Source of the DNA: Cyanobacteriota bacterium
GTDB lineage: Bacteria; Cyanobacteriota; Cyanobacteriia; PCC-6307; Cyanobiaceae
Length of the DNA stretch: 64,000 bases
Reading direction: 5' to 3'
NCBI GenBank assembly: GCA_046052125.1
Contig: JBJOMY010000005.1
Location: forward strand, 64,001 to 128,000
Of the stretch, positions 8,673-20,064 are shown piece after piece (positions within the stretch are counted from its first letter, which is position 1; each line of letters begins with the position of its first letter). The position numbers and the translations under genes were made by a program. A model generated the notes under the pieces. It was given only the letters and a program-made list of their open reading frames with translations, made no database searches and was not told where the DNA came from.

Positions 8673-8707
8673 GGCTGATGCCAGTGAGTCTCAGGAGCCT
8701 ACTGAGA

Positions 8708-9775
8708 TCAAAAGGCGGCTTGCGGTTCATAGAGCACAGGTGCCGCTTCCAGCGCCAGCCGCGGCGCCACGGCCAGATCGATCGGACTGCTCGCCCCAGC
8801 CAGCCAGCGCTGTTCAGCAGCAACGCCGATCATCGCGGCGTTGTCGGTGCAGTAGGCCAGCGGCGCCAGCCGCCACTGCAGTCCCAGCTGCGAGCAGCGC
8901 TGCTCGAGGCGCTGGCGGAGCCGCCGGTTAGCCGCCACGCCACCCACCATCACGAGGGTGTTCAACCCCTGGTCGCGAGCACAGCGCATGGTGCGGTCCA
9001 CCAGCACCTCAGCCACCACCTGCTCGAAACTCGCCGCCACATCCGCCAGGGGGAACGGTTCACCGCTCTCGGCGGATTGCGCCTTCAGCTGATTCACCAA
9101 GCGCAACACGGCGGTTTTCAATCCACTGAAGCTGAAGTCGTAGGGGTGAAAGCCACCTTCAGGCAGGGACACTCGCCCCTTCGGCAACGCGAAGCGCTGG
9201 GGATCACCGTGTTCAGCAGCGGCCTGAATCGCAGGGCCGCCGGGATAACCGAGCTCCAACAGGCGTGCCACTTTGTCGAAGGCTTCACCGGCAGCGTCAT
9301 CGCGGCTGCGGGCCAGCCGCTGGTAGCGGCCCGGGCCGTCAACGCGAATCATTTCGGTGTGGCCACCACTCACCAGCAGCACCAGATAGGGGCCTTCCGG
9401 CAAGGGGTCCCCCAGCTGCACGGAACACAAATGTCCTTCGAGGTGGTGCACCCCGAGAAACGGCTTGTGATGCAGCCGCGCCAGGCTGCGGCCGGTGATC
9501 GAACCCACCAGCAGCGCACCCACCAAGCCCGGTGCGGCCGTCGCGGCAATGGCATCGAGATCGGCGAAGCGAACGCCGCTCTCCTCCATCACCTGCTCGA
9601 TCAGCCCGGGAAGGGCTTCCACGTGGCGGCGTGAAGCGATCTCCGGAACCACTCCACCCCAGCGCGCATGCTCCTCCACCTGGGAGGCCACGGCGCTCGC
9701 CAGCACCCGCTGATCGCGCACCACAGCAGCCGCTGACTCGTCACAACTTGTTTCGAGCGCCAGCAGGGTTGGCAT
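8708..9775 (-). CDS. tsaD: tRNA N6-adenosine threonylcarbamoyltransferase TsaD
   Basis: [31 protein letters not shown] and CTDNAAMI motifs. Confidence 0.97.
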   Translation of the reverse strand: MPTLLALETSCDESAAAVVRDQRVLASAVASQVEEHARWGGVVPEIASRRHVEALPGLIEQVMEESGVRFADLDAIAATAAPGLVGALLVGSITGRSLARLHHKPFLGVHHLEGHLCSVQLGDPLPEGPYLVLLVSGGHTEMIRVDGPGRYQRLARSRDDAAGEAFDKVARLLELGYPGGPAIQAAAEHGDPQRFALPKGRVSLPEGGFHPYDFSFSGLKTAVLRLVNQLKAQSAESGEPFPLADVAASFEQVVAEVLVDRTMRCARDQGLNTLVMVGGVAANRRLRQRLEQRCSQLGLQWRLAPLAYCTDNAAMIGVAAEQRWLAGASSPIDLAVAPRLALEAAPVLYEPQAAF

Positions 9776-9837
9776 CAGCTTTGAAGGCCCCTCGTACTGT
9801 CCGTAAGTGACATCCTGCCGTGCAGCAGCTGGACCCG

Positions 9838-10317
9838 ATGCGCCGCCTCTTTGCTGTTCTGATTTCTGCCCTGCTGATCTTCGGCTTCGCCCCCGTGGCC
9901 AAAGCCGATGTGGCCGGTCTGACCCCCTGCGCTGAGAGCGCCCGCTTCCAGCAGCGCGCCGCCGCTGCCACCACCGACCAGGCCAAGGCTCGCTTTGCGA
10001 TGTACAGCCAGGCCTCCTGTGGTGCTGATGGCCTGCCCCACCTGATCGTGGATGGCCGCCTGAGCCACGCCGGTGACTTCATCATTCCCGGCATCGCCTT
10101 CCTCTACATCGCCGGTTGCATCGGCTGGGCTGGCCGCAACTACCTGATGGCGATCCGTGGCGATAAGGATGCCGCCATGAAGGAAATCCAGATCGATCTG
10201 TCTCTGGCCTTCAAGAGCACCCTGGCTGCTGCCACCTGGCCCCTGGCCGCCTTCGGCGCCCTCACCAGCGGCAAGCTCACCGAGTCTGACGACAAGATCA
10301 CCGTTTCCCCCCGCTGA
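9838..10317 (+). CDS. psaF: Photosystem I subunit III
   Basis: Signal peptide, [33 protein letters not shown]; ends TVSPR. Confidence 0.97.
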   Translation: MRRLFAVLISALLIFGFAPVAKADVAGLTPCAESARFQQRAAAATTDQAKARFAMYSQASCGADGLPHLIVDGRLSHAGDFIIPGIAFLYIAGCIGWAGRNYLMAIRGDKDAAMKEIQIDLSLAFKSTLAAATWPLAAFGALTSGKLTESDDKITVSPR

Positions 10318-10364
10318 TCAGGCTCCGGCCTTTTTTCTCCGCTCCATCCCCCTTTCACCCAGCG

Positions 10365-10481
10365 ATGAAAAAGTTCCTCACCACAGCTCCGGTGTTCGCC
10401 GCCATCTGGTTCACCGTGACCGCCGGCATCCTGATCGAATTCAACCGCTTCTATCCGGATCTGCTGTTCCACCCGATGTGA
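10365..10481 (+). CDS. psaJ: Photosystem I subunit IX (not in the ORF track)
   Basis: Manual translation gives [38 protein letters not shown], directly after psaF. Confidence 0.97.
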   Translation: MKKFLTTAPVFAAIWFTVTAGILIEFNRFYPDLLFHPM

Positions 10482-10504
10482 GTTGCGCATCGGCAATCAC
10501 CCCT

Positions 10505-10530
10505 AAGCGGCCCAAAAGGGCCGCTTTTTT
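10505..10530 (+). terminator. Intrinsic terminator of psaFJ
   Basis: AAGCGGCCC-aaaa-GGGCCGCTT hairpin running into a T tract. Confidence 0.88.
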
Positions 10531-10534
10531 GTGT

Positions 10535-11104
10535 TCAGTCCAGGCCCATCAAGCGCTCAAGCTCAGCCAGGGCGGTGTCGAGATCGTCATTCACTAGGGC
10601 CGCATCGAATTCAGCCTCGGCCGCTAGCTCCACCCGGGCGCGCTCGAGGCGGCGCCCAATCGCCTCCTCGCTGTCGGTGCCGCGGCCACGGATGCGCCGC
10701 TCCAGCTCTTCAAACGACGGCGGCTTGATGAAAATCTGAAAGCCGCTGGGGAAGCTCTTGCGCACCTGGCGTGCACCTTCCAGCTCGATCTCCAGCAGCA
10801 CCGGACGGCCGACAGCCAGCTGTTGCTCCACCGGATCCCTCGGGGTGCCGTAGCAATTGCCGGCGAACTCAGCCCACTCGAGCAACCCACCCTGGGCCAC
10901 CTTGGCTTCAAACGCTGAACGATCGAGGAAGAAATAGTGCTGCCCCTCGCACTCGCCGCTGCGGGGGGCACGGGTGGTGGCCGAGATCGATAGCCAGATC
11001 TGCGGGTGCCGCTGCAACAACGCCGCCACCAGGGTGCCTTTGCCCACCCCACTGGGACCAGTGATCAGAAACAGCCGGCCGCTGCTGGGAGCCTCGGCAA
11101 CCAT
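10535..11104 (-). CDS. gmk: Guanylate kinase
   Basis: [23 protein letters not shown] and YGT motifs. Confidence 0.96.
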   Translation of the reverse strand: MVAEAPSSGRLFLITGPSGVGKGTLVAALLQRHPQIWLSISATTRAPRSGECEGQHYFFLDRSAFEAKVAQGGLLEWAEFAGNCYGTPRDPVEQQLAVGRPVLLEIELEGARQVRKSFPSGFQIFIKPPSFEELERRIRGRGTDSEEAIGRRLERARVELAAEAEFDAALVNDDLDTALAELERLMGLD

Positions 11105-11164
11105 CGTGGATCGAGCGCGGCCCTGCAGAGTAGATGTGCCGCCGCTGCCGTTCTGCGCCCGCCC

Positions 11165-12904
11165 ATGGCCCCTGTGTCACTCCAGGCCATGGACCTCACC
11201 AGCCTGCGGGCGGTGGTGACGGAACTCAAGCCGCTGCTGCTGCCGAGCCGCTTTGAAAAGGCCCAGCAGGCTGATGGCCACACCCTGCAGCTGGGCTTTC
11301 GCACCCTGGAGCAACGGCTCTGGCTGGAACTCAGCTGGCAGGCGGAGGCACCGCGGCTGCATGCCATCGAGCCTCCCCCACGCCAGGGGGAAGGCAGCAC
11401 CCTGGCGCAGCAGTTGCAGCACGGCCTGAGTGGCCTGGCGCTGGTGTTCCTGGAGCAAGCCGCCTGGGAACGGGTGGTGGAGCTCGGCTTCGCCCCCCGC
11501 CCCGGCGAGGCAATCCAGCGCTGGCTGGTGCTGGAGCTGATGAGCCGCCATAGCAATCTGTTTCTGCTGGATGAGCAGCGCCGGGTGGTGGCCGCGGCCC
11601 GCCAGGTGCGCCAGCAGCAATCGCGGCTCCGGCCGATTGGCACCGGCGATCCCTACAGCCCGCCCCCACCCCTGAGCGGCCAGCCCCCCAGCCGCCAGGA
11701 GAGCTTTGCCAGCTGGCAACGGCAGCTGAGCCTGCTGCCGTTGCCGTTGCAGAAGGCGTTGCAGAGCGCCTACCAGGGAATCAGCCCGGCTCTGGCCCTG
11801 CAGCTGGCGGGCGATCAACCCGAGGCAAGCGCCGCTCTACTGGCGCAACACACCGACAGCCTCAGCCCTACGCAATGGCAGGAGCTGTGGCAGCGCTGGC
11901 AGGCCTGGCTCGCAGCAATCGAGAGCGAGGCCTTTGTGTTCAGCCCAGGCCGCAGCTGCACCTATCGCTGCTGGCAGGAGAACCCTTCCTCTACTCCCCA
12001 GCCCGCTGCCACCGCGCCGCTGCCGATCAATCGAGCCTTAGCGGCCTATCACCACGAACGCCTTGGCCAACGGCTGGTGCAGCAGCGGCAACACCAGCTG
12101 CGGCAGCGGCTCGAGCAGCAGCTGCAGCGGGAGCGCAGCCAGATGGAGCACCAGCAGCACTTGCTCGATCAGGTGGAGAACAGTGATCAACTGCAGCAGC
12201 AGGCCGATGCGCTGCTCTGCCTGCCCCAGCCCAGCCGCGAGCAGGTGGCGGAGGCGCAGGGGCTTTACAAGCGGGCCCGCAAACTGCGGCGCTCCGTGGC
12301 CGCCATCACCCCGCGGCTCGAGCAGCACCAGCAGCGGATCGAACAGCTCGAAGCCAGCCTCACCTACCTGGAGCAAGGACCCGAGCACAACAGCAGCGCT
12401 GCGCTTGATCACCTGCACACCCTCGAAGAGGAGTGCTGCACCCTGCTGGAGCTCGCCCGCCCCGGCCGTGCCCAGCGCAGGCAGCTCGAGAGTGCAGCCC
12501 CCTCCCCTCTCGAACTCCACAGTCCCGGGGGGCTGCGCCTGCAGGTGGGCCGCAACCATCGCCAGAACGAATGGATCAGCCTGCGGCAGGCCCGCCGCGG
12601 CGATCTCTGGTTCCACGCCCAGGAATGCCCGGGCAGCCACGTGGTGCTGAAGGGCTCAGAAGGCCTCAGCGGTGAGCAAGACCTCCAAGCGGCCGCTGAC
12701 CTGGCCGCCCACTTCAGCCGCGCCCGGGGCAATCAGCGCGTGGCGGTGGTGATGGTGCCCTGCGATGAACTCCAGCGCATCCCCGGCGCCGGCCCAGGCA
12801 CCGTGCGCCATCGCGGTGGCGAAGTGATCTGGGCCGAACCGAGCCGCGGCGCAGCGCTGCTGGTGGCAGCGGCCCCTAGCCTCTCCGGGGAGCAAGAGCC
12901 ATGA
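11165..12904 (+). CDS. NFACT/RqcH (FbpA-like) ribosome quality-control protein
   Basis: MDLTSL N-terminus, ELMSRHSN, and NFACT-R motifs GRNHRQNE and [13 protein letters not shown]. Confidence 0.9.
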   Translation: MAPVSLQAMDLTSLRAVVTELKPLLLPSRFEKAQQADGHTLQLGFRTLEQRLWLELSWQAEAPRLHAIEPPPRQGEGSTLAQQLQHGLSGLALVFLEQAAWERVVELGFAPRPGEAIQRWLVLELMSRHSNLFLLDEQRRVVAAARQVRQQQSRLRPIGTGDPYSPPPPLSGQPPSRQESFASWQRQLSLLPLPLQKALQSAYQGISPALALQLAGDQPEASAALLAQHTDSLSPTQWQELWQRWQAWLAAIESEAFVFSPGRSCTYRCWQENPSSTPQPAATAPLPINRALAAYHHERLGQRLVQQRQHQLRQRLEQQLQRERSQMEHQQHLLDQVENSDQLQQQADALLCLPQPSREQVAEAQGLYKRARKLRRSVAAITPRLEQHQQRIEQLEASLTYLEQGPEHNSSAALDHLHTLEEECCTLLELARPGRAQRRQLESAAPSPLELHSPGGLRLQVGRNHRQNEWISLRQARRGDLWFHAQECPGSHVVLKGSEGLSGEQDLQAAADLAAHFSRARGNQRVAVVMVPCDELQRIPGAGPGTVRHRGGEVIWAEPSRGAALLVAAAPSLSGEQEP

Positions 12905-13722
12905 GCGAGAGCAACACCCTGCCTGACGGCAACACCGTGTTGCCTGCCCCGGAACCGATCCGCGTCAACCTCAGCCAAGACAGCGCCAGCGAGCCCAGCC
13001 ACCCGGACGATCAGTTCCCGGCTGAGGTGGAGATGACGCTGGTGGATCACCTGGAGGAACTGCGCCGGCGCATCCTGCGCAGCCTGGTGGCGGTGGTGGT
13101 TGGAGCGGCCGGCTGCCTGCTGCTGGTGAAACCGCTGGTGCGGCTGCTGGAGGTGCCCGCCAAGGGGATTCATTTCCTGCAGCTGGCCCCAGGCGAATTC
13201 CTGTTCGTGTCGCTGAAGGTGGCGGGGTATTCCGGCCTCACCCTGGCGCTGCCCTACGTGCTCTACGAGGGCTTGGCTTTCGTGCTGCCTGGCCTCACCA
13301 GGCGCGAGCAGCGACTGGTGGCACCGGCGGTGGGTGGCTCGGCGGTGCTGTTTCTGGCGGGCCTGGCCTTTGCCTGGTGGGCGCTTGTGCCCGCCGCACT
13401 CAACTTCCTGGTGAGCTACGGCGCCGATGTGGTGGAGCCGCTCTGGTCGATCGAGCGCTACCTGGATTTCGTGCTGCTGCTGATGGTGGCCACGGCTTTG
13501 GCCTTTCAGTTGCCGGTGCTCCAGATGCTGCTGGCGGCGCTTGGCATCGTGCGAGCCCAAACCATGCTCAATGCCTGGCGCTTTGTGGTGGTGGCCTCCG
13601 CCCTGGCCGGGGCGGTGCTCACCCCCTCCACCGATCCGGTCACGATGCTGCTGCTTAGCGGTGCCATCACAAGCCTCTACCTCGTTGGGGTGGGCCTGGC
13701 GCGGCTGGTGCAGCGCCCCTAG
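12901..13722 (+). CDS. tatC: Twin-arginine translocase subunit TatC
   Basis: MTLVDHLEELRRR, FVLPGL, FQLP and LTPSTDP motifs. Confidence 0.96.
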   Translation: MSESNTLPDGNTVLPAPEPIRVNLSQDSASEPSHPDDQFPAEVEMTLVDHLEELRRRILRSLVAVVVGAAGCLLLVKPLVRLLEVPAKGIHFLQLAPGEFLFVSLKVAGYSGLTLALPYVLYEGLAFVLPGLTRREQRLVAPAVGGSAVLFLAGLAFAWWALVPAALNFLVSYGADVVEPLWSIERYLDFVLLLMVATALAFQLPVLQMLLAALGIVRAQTMLNAWRFVVVASALAGAVLTPSTDPVTMLLLSGAITSLYLVGVGLARLVQRP

Positions 13723-14054
13723 ATCAGAAATTCGCTGGCCCGGCCCTCAGGCAATTCGAGCGGCAGGGTCATCGCCTTGCCCAGCCGGGGCTTATCGGTG
13801 GTGGTGCTGAGCCAGCTGCGCACCTGCTCCGTCACCCCCAAACCATTGAGATTCGCCACCAGCTCATCGAGCTTCTTGCCGTATTCCTCGCTCGTCATCG
13901 GGAACGACTGCTGCTCGAGGTAGCCCCACATCACCTGGAGATAGAGACGGCCGCGGCGCACGATCAACTGCAGGTCGTAGGAGGCCTGCCAGCGCTGGCG
14001 CAGGATCTGGAGGATCTCAGCGCTGCTGAGCGGAGCGTCGGACGGCAGGGTCAC
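13719..14054 (-). CDS. DUF3067-family protein
   Basis: RWQASYDLQL...LQVMWGYLEQQSFPM...KPRLGKA; position upstream of petC; GTG start inferred. Confidence 0.8.
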   Translation of the reverse strand: MTLPSDAPLSSAEILQILRQRWQASYDLQLIVRRGRLYLQVMWGYLEQQSFPMTSEEYGKKLDELVANLNGLGVTEQVRSWLSTTTDKPRLGKAMTLPLELPEGRASEFLI

Positions 14055-14176
14055 GAAGGATGGGGCGCGCAACAGCATGTTGCAGGCTGCCGGCTCCAGC
14101 CCGGTTCTGCCAACGGGAGCCGGAGGGGCAACGTCCATAATGGGCGCCACGTTGCAGTGGCCCTCTAGCCGCCCGT

Positions 14177-14725
14177 ATGACCCAGATCCCAGCAAGCGCC
14201 TCGAGTGGTGACGTGCCCGGAATGGGTCGTCGTCAGTTCATGAATCTGTTGACCTTCGGGTCGGTCACCGGCGTTGCGCTGGGCGCCCTTTACCCGGTGG
14301 TGAACTACTTCATCCCCCCCAAGGCTGCTGGATCCGGTGGCGGCACCGCCGCCAAGGATGAGCTCGGCAACAGCGTGACCGCCAGTGGCTGGCTCAGCAG
14401 CCACCGTGAAGGGGACCGCAACCTGGTGCAGGGACTCAAGGGTGATCCCACCTATCTGATCGTTGAAGGCAGCGATGCCATCGGCAGTTACGGCATCAAC
14501 GCCATCTGCACCCACCTGGGTTGCGTGGTGCCCTGGAACGCGGCGGCCAACAAGTTCATGTGCCCCTGCCACGGCTCGCAGTACGACTCCACCGGCAAGG
14601 TGGTGCGCGGCCCTGCCCCCCTGTCCCTGGCTCTGGCTCACGTGTCGGTTGAGAACGACAACGTGTTCCTGAGCCAGTGGACCGAAACCGATTTCCGCAC
14701 CGGCGAGAAGCCCTGGTGGGTCTGA
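14177..14725 (+). CDS. petC: Cytochrome b6f Rieske iron-sulfur subunit
   Basis: RRQFMN Tat-like anchor; CTHLGC and CPCHGS Rieske motifs. Confidence 0.98.
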   Translation: MTQIPASASSGDVPGMGRRQFMNLLTFGSVTGVALGALYPVVNYFIPPKAAGSGGGTAAKDELGNSVTASGWLSSHREGDRNLVQGLKGDPTYLIVEGSDAIGSYGINAICTHLGCVVPWNAAANKFMCPCHGSQYDSTGKVVRGPAPLSLALAHVSVENDNVFLSQWTETDFRTGEKPWWV

Positions 14726-14763
14726 TCTCCTCCCCAGCCGTCTCCCCCTCGCCTCTCCGCCCC

Positions 14764-15696
14764 ATGCGTCGCCCCTTCTCTCTGCTGCTGAGCTCGCTGC
14801 TGGTCCTCGGCGCCTTGCTCTTCGCTCCCCAGGCCAGCTGGGCCTATCCGTTCTGGGCTCAACAGAACTACGACTACCCGCGCGAAGCCACTGGCAAGCT
14901 GGCCTGCGCCAACTGCCACCTGGCCAAGAAGCCCACCCACGTGGAACTGCCCCAGGCCGTGTTCCCCGATGAGGTGTTCAAGGTGGAAGTGGAGATCCCC
15001 TATGACACCAAGGTTCAGCAGGTAGCTGGCGATGGCAGCCCCACCGGCCTCAACGTGGGTGCCGTGGTGATGCTCCCCGATGGCTTCACCCTCGCTCCGG
15101 CTGATCGCCTCACCGACGAGCTCAAAGAAGAGACCGCCGGTGTGTATGTGACCACCTGGAACGACGAGAACCCCAACATCCTGCTGGTGGGTCCTCTGCC
15201 CGGCGACGATCACCAGAAGATCGTGTTCCCGATCCTCTCCCCTGATCCCGCAGCCGACAGCAGCATCCACTTCGGCAAATACCAGCTGCACGTGGGCGGC
15301 AACCGTGGCCGCGGCCAGGTGTATCCCACCGGTGAGAAGAGCAACAACGGCGTGTTCACTGCCCCCGCTGCCGGCACCGTTGATGCGATCAACGCTGGCG
15401 ACAACGGCGCCTCCAACGTGGTGATCAAAACGGCCGACGGCAACACCGTGACCGAGACGATCCCCGCTGGTCCGAGCGTGATCGCCAAGGTGGGTGATGT
15501 GGTGGCAGCGGGCGCCGCCCTCACCAACGATCCGAACGTGGGTGGCTTCGGCCAGCTAGATGCCGAGGTGGTGCTTCAGAACCCCAACCGCATCTACGGA
15601 CTGCTGGCGTTCTTCGCTGCTGTGTCGCTCGCCCAGATCATGCTGGTGCTGAAGAAGAAGCAGGTAGAAAAGGTGCAGGCTGCCGAAGGCATCTGA
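14764..15696 (+). CDS. petA: Apocytochrome f
   Basis: Signal peptide, then YPFWAQQ, CANCH haem motif, [11 protein letters not shown] and a C-terminal anchor. Confidence 0.98.
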   Translation: MRRPFSLLLSSLLVLGALLFAPQASWAYPFWAQQNYDYPREATGKLACANCHLAKKPTHVELPQAVFPDEVFKVEVEIPYDTKVQQVAGDGSPTGLNVGAVVMLPDGFTLAPADRLTDELKEETAGVYVTTWNDENPNILLVGPLPGDDHQKIVFPILSPDPAADSSIHFGKYQLHVGGNRGRGQVYPTGEKSNNGVFTAPAAGTVDAINAGDNGASNVVIKTADGNTVTETIPAGPSVIAKVGDVVAAGAALTNDPNVGGFGQLDAEVVLQNPNRIYGLLAFFAAVSLAQIMLVLKKKQVEKVQAAEGI

Positions 15697-16550
15697 TGCC
15701 CCTCGCTTTGTTCACCTCACCGGGGCCCTTGCTTTTTGAGCTGGGGCCCTTTTCGTTGCGTTGGTATGGGCTGCTGATCGCGGTCGCTGTGCTGCTGGGC
15801 CTGTTTCTCGCCACACGCCTCGGCAAACAGCGAGGGATTGAGCCGGCTCTGATCGCTGATCTGCTGCCGATCCTGGTGTTGGCCGCCGTGATCGGTGCTC
15901 GGCTCTACTACGTGACGTTTGAGTGGCGGCAGTATCAGCTCAATTGGCTGGATGCCCTGGCGATCTGGCGTGGTGGCATCGCCATCCACGGGGCGCTGAT
16001 CGGCGGAACCGTGGCGGTGATCCTCTACAGCCGCTGGCGCCGCATCGCCTTCTGGAATCTGCTGGATGTGCTTCTGCCCTCAGTGGCGCTGGGCCAGGCC
16101 ATCGGCCGCTGGGGCAACTTCTTCAACTCGGAAGCCTTCGGACTCCCCACCGATCTGCCCTGGAAGCTCACGATTCCCTTTGCCAACCGGCCCGTGGAAT
16201 TTCTCGATCAAAGCGGCTTCCACCCCACCTTTCTCTACGAATCGCTCTGGAATCTCGGCGTTCTGGCCCTGTTGCTCGTGCTGTTCGAGCGGGGTGTTCG
16301 GGGCAAGATCAAGTTGCCGACCGGGGCGATCAGCTGCACCTACCTGGTGGCTTACAGCACGGGCCGCCTCTGGATTGAGGGGCTGCGGATCGATCCCCTC
16401 TGCCTGGTGGGCACCCCGCCGGACTGCGCTGGTGGATTACGCATGGCCCAGCTGGTGAGCCTGGTGTTGATTGGCATCGGCGCTCTGGGCCTTTACTGGC
16501 TGTATGGCCGGCGTCAGCCGCTGCCCGATCCCAGCGGAGTGAAGGCATGA
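15696..16550 (+). CDS. lgt: Prolipoprotein diacylglyceryl transferase
   Basis: [27 protein letters not shown] and HPTFLYES motifs. Confidence 0.97.
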   Translation: MPLALFTSPGPLLFELGPFSLRWYGLLIAVAVLLGLFLATRLGKQRGIEPALIADLLPILVLAAVIGARLYYVTFEWRQYQLNWLDALAIWRGGIAIHGALIGGTVAVILYSRWRRIAFWNLLDVLLPSVALGQAIGRWGNFFNSEAFGLPTDLPWKLTIPFANRPVEFLDQSGFHPTFLYESLWNLGVLALLLVLFERGVRGKIKLPTGAISCTYLVAYSTGRLWIEGLRIDPLCLVGTPPDCAGGLRMAQLVSLVLIGIGALGLYWLYGRRQPLPDPSGVKA

Positions 16551-17308
16551 GCGGCAAGGTGTGGATCGTTGGAGCAGGCCCGGGCGCACCCGACCTGCTC
16601 ACGCTTCGGGCTGCACGAACGATTGAACAGGCCGAGGTCTTGATCTGGACCGACTCGCTGGTGAACCCCCAGCTGGCGGCGATGGCACCCGAGGGCTGCG
16701 AACGGATCCGCACCAGCACCCTCACCCTCGAAGAGGTGATGGCGCTGATGCTGGAGCGGGCCGCCGCCGGAAAGCGAGTGGTGCGTCTGCACGACGGCGA
16801 CACCTGCCTCTACAGCGCTCTGCATGAGCAGCTCTGCCGTCTGCTCGATGCAGACGTTGAGGTGGAGGTAGTGCCGGGCCTGAGCGCGTATCAGGCCACC
16901 GCCGCGGCCCTTCAGGCTGAACTGACCATCCCTGGCCTGGTGCAGACGATCGTGCTTAGCCGGGCCGGCGGCCGCACCGGCGTACCTGAACGAGAAGAAC
17001 TGGCATCGCTGGCGGCACTGCAGGCATCGCTTTGCCTGTATCTCAGCGCTCGCCATGTGGAAGACGTACAGGCCGAGCTGCTGCTGCACTACCCCGCCGA
17101 CACCCCCGTGGCGATCGGCTACCGCGTGAGCTGGCCCGATCAATGGATTCAGGTGGTTCCACTCGCAGACATGGCTCGCGTGAGCCAGGAGCGGGAGCTG
17201 ATCCGCACCACGCTGTACATGGTGAGCCCAGCGCTGGCACCACCGGGAGAAGCGCGTTCACGCCTCTACTCAGCCAGCCACAACCACCTGTTCCGCGGCG
17301 GCGCCTGA
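16547..17308 (+). CDS. cobM: Precorrin-4 C11-methyltransferase
   Basis: [28 protein letters not shown] and SWPD motifs. Confidence 0.93.
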   Translation: MSGKVWIVGAGPGAPDLLTLRAARTIEQAEVLIWTDSLVNPQLAAMAPEGCERIRTSTLTLEEVMALMLERAAAGKRVVRLHDGDTCLYSALHEQLCRLLDADVEVEVVPGLSAYQATAAALQAELTIPGLVQTIVLSRAGGRTGVPEREELASLAALQASLCLYLSARHVEDVQAELLLHYPADTPVAIGYRVSWPDQWIQVVPLADMARVSQERELIRTTLYMVSPALAPPGEARSRLYSASHNHLFRGGA

Positions 17309-17365
17309 TCCAGAGCCGGAACGGTGATGCTCTAAAGTCAAGAGGCGCGAGCGATCAGCGCAAAC

Positions 17366-17437
<72 letters not shown>

Positions 17438-17568
17438 TTGATTTCATCTCTTTTGAGATAAACACCAGCGACCAGAACGCTGGCACTTCAATTTTCAGCA
17501 TCTGCCTAGCGATCAGCGGGAATTAGGTCAAAATGGCCGCAAATAAATAGCTCTCTGAAGACCCCCCA

Positions 17569-18399
17569 GTGAACGCAAGCGAGGCCTCGGGATCCATCGA
17601 TGTGGGTAGCGAGCCGTCCCCGCTGAAGCTCCTGGGCACGTTCCTGCGAGAGGAGCGCGAACGCCGAGGCATCAGCACTGCAACCCTTGCGGCCCAGCTC
17701 CGCATGGGTGAAGAGCAGCTTCAGGCCCTTGAGGCTGGTGATGGCCCGCGGCTGCCGGAATTGGTGTTTGTGATTGCCCAGGCGCGCCGCGTGGCCGATG
17801 CACTGGGCGTGGATGTGAACCCTCTGGTGGCACCACTCAAGCAACAGAGCCAAATCCTCAAGCCTGCTCCCACTCCCCTCAGCAGCACGCCACCAGCCGG
17901 CCGCAGCCAACCACGGGCCAGGCTCACCGCCCAGAACTACACCCAAGGCGGTGCACGTCGCGCATCGGGCGGTTCTGGTCTGCGCTGGATCGGCAGCCTG
18001 GCCTTGGTGGCCGGTGTGATCGCGGCAGGAGCCTGGGGCTGGCAGCGCGGACCACAACTGGCCAAGCAGCTGCTGCCCAAGCCTTCAGCTCAACCAGCTC
18101 CGGTAGCCGTCAAACCACCAGCCGCCAAACCCAAACCCTCCATCCCCCAAGCGGCTCCTGTTCGGGAGCTCACCGTGACTGCGTCGCAAACCAGCTGGTT
18201 AACCGTGCGCACCAGCAAGGGGCAGCAGCTCTACGAGGGCATGTTCAAAGGCTCGCGCCAGTTCCCCCTGGCCAACGGCCTGCAGCTGCGGGCCGGTCGC
18301 CCCGATCTGGTGAAAGCGAGTCTGGGCAAGGGTCCGGCCAAACCGCTCGGCCCCATCGATCAGATCCGCTGGGTGAGTTTCAACGCTCCTCAACGCTGA
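17569..18399 (+). CDS. RodZ-like protein (HTH, TM helix, DUF4115)
   Basis: LREERERRGIS...LEAGD...LPE HTH, one TM helix, Pro-rich linker, SWLTV...LRAGRPD C-terminal domain. Confidence 0.82.
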   Translation: MNASEASGSIDVGSEPSPLKLLGTFLREERERRGISTATLAAQLRMGEEQLQALEAGDGPRLPELVFVIAQARRVADALGVDVNPLVAPLKQQSQILKPAPTPLSSTPPAGRSQPRARLTAQNYTQGGARRASGGSGLRWIGSLALVAGVIAAGAWGWQRGPQLAKQLLPKPSAQPAPVAVKPPAAKPKPSIPQAAPVRELTVTASQTSWLTVRTSKGQQLYEGMFKGSRQFPLANGLQLRAGRPDLVKASLGKGPAKPLGPIDQIRWVSFNAPQR

Positions 18400-19963
18400 G
18401 GCGCACCCCCACCGCTTCCTCCACCGCAGCGGCGCAGGCCGAGAGGCTCCAGCGCTCCAGGCTGAGGTCTTGGCCGCTCTGCATCGGCTCCAGCCGAATC
18501 GCGCAGCGGCTCGAGCCTTCGCGCCGAAGCTGAAGCCCAGCCAAAACGGGCTCGGGTCGGCGATCCAGGGCCACGGCCAGCCGCAGCAACAACGCCATGG
18601 AGGCCACCGTGCGCCGCTGCTCACGGCCCTCGATCAGCTGCCACGACTCATGCCGCTTCTTCGGAAGGGAGCGGCGGTGATACCGAGCAATGGCCGCCAC
18701 CATCAGGTGCTCGCTATCGGAGTAACCGAGCAGTTCCCCGTGGCGAATCAGGTACCAGCTGTGCTTGTGATAAGCCCCGGTGTTGATGTGCTGGCCGCAG
18801 CTGTGCAACATCGCCGCGGCCCAGAGCAGCTGGCGGCCACTGCCATCGTCTTGATGCAACAGGCCCTGGCTTTGGCTGTAAAGGCTCACCGCGTAGGTGG
18901 CCACCCGCTCAGCCCGGGGCACATCCACCTTGTAGCGCTGCGCCAGGTGCAGCACGGTGCGCTGACGGATGCTGCTTTGGAACGCAAAGCGATCCACGAT
19001 CAGATCGTTGCGCAACATCCAATCCACGATCAGGCCTTCGCGCAGGGCCCGCTCGCACACCACCAGCTCGTCCACACCGAGCATCTGCATGGCGGTCTGG
19101 AGAATCAGCGCCCCCGGCACGATGATTTCGGCCCGGCGCTCATTTAGGTAGGGAAGGGCGCGCCGCTGAGCAGGCGTGAGCGTGAGCAACCGCTCCACCA
19201 GCCCATCGAGCCGCTGACGGCTCACGCGATAGCCCTGCATGCGCAGCGGCGGCCGCGGATCATCGGCGGCGGCCATGGCCGCAATCGCCATGGCCGTGCC
19301 GCTGGTGGCCACCATCACCGGTGTTTCACCGCTCTGGAGCTGCTGGCGCACCTGCAGCACGGCCGGCTCCAGAGACCCCTGGATAAAGGCCCGCAAAAAC
19401 TCCACACGCGGGGGAGGGATCGGCTCCTCCCGCACGAAATCCCGTTGCAGCCGCACGGCACCCACCCGGGTGCTCGTGAGGGCGCGGGCATCACGGCCAT
19501 CGGCCAGCACCAGCTCGGTGGAACCGCCCCCGATATCGAGGATCAGGTGGGGCTGATCGCCGAAGGCCATGCCGGAGAGCACGCCGAGGTAGATCAGGCG
19601 GGCCTCCTCCGGGCCGCTCACCAGATCCACCTCCAGGCCGAGATGCTCCTGGATGGATTGCAGAAAATCGCGGCCGTTGGGGGCCTCGCGTACGGCGCTG
19701 GTGGCAGCGGTGACCACATCACCGGGATCCACGCCGTGGCTCGCCGCCAGCTCGCGGCAGTGGCGCAGGGTGGTGAAGGCCCGCTCGATCGCATCCGGCG
19801 TGAGCTCGCCGGTTTCAGGGTCGCGCTCCCCCAAGCGGGTGGTGGATTTCTCGGTGAGCAGCACAGAGAACGTGCGCAGCTCGGTGTCCACCGCTGCCAC
19901 CAGCAGGTGAATCGAGTTGGTGCCGATATCAATGCCCGCCACGGGGCGGATCGAGCTCCCCAT
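18380..19963 (-). CDS. ppx: Ppx/GppA exopolyphosphatase
   Basis: IDIGTNSIH, ATSAVREA, EEARL, DIGGGSTE and LREG motifs with an HD-like C-domain; start uncertain. Confidence 0.94.
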   Translation of the reverse strand: MGSSIRPVAGIDIGTNSIHLLVAAVDTELRTFSVLLTEKSTTRLGERDPETGELTPDAIERAFTTLRHCRELAASHGVDPGDVVTAATSAVREAPNGRDFLQSIQEHLGLEVDLVSGPEEARLIYLGVLSGMAFGDQPHLILDIGGGSTELVLADGRDARALTSTRVGAVRLQRDFVREEPIPPPRVEFLRAFIQGSLEPAVLQVRQQLQSGETPVMVATSGTAMAIAAMAAADDPRPPLRMQGYRVSRQRLDGLVERLLTLTPAQRRALPYLNERRAEIIVPGALILQTAMQMLGVDELVVCERALREGLIVDWMLRNDLIVDRFAFQSSIRQRTVLHLAQRYKVDVPRAERVATYAVSLYSQSQGLLHQDDGSGRQLLWAAAMLHSCGQHINTGAYHKHSWYLIRHGELLGYSDSEHLMVAAIARYHRRSLPKKRHESWQLIEGREQRRTVASMALLLRLAVALDRRPEPVLAGLQLRREGSSRCAIRLEPMQSGQDLSLERWSLSACAAAVEEAVGVRLSVEER

Positions 19964-20064
19964 GGAGCGGTTGGGAGACTCGCTCACGCGGCCATCGCCT
20001 TTGCGCTGTGCCACTTTCGCACCGCTGAGCGCCGGCCCGGCAGCCCTAGGGTTTGCGCCACCGA

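Noticed and set aside
17438..17568. Possible island at tRNA-Val
   Set aside because: Only ~130 bp of AT-richer spacer with two small hairpins. I saw no duplicated tRNA 3' end and no integrase.
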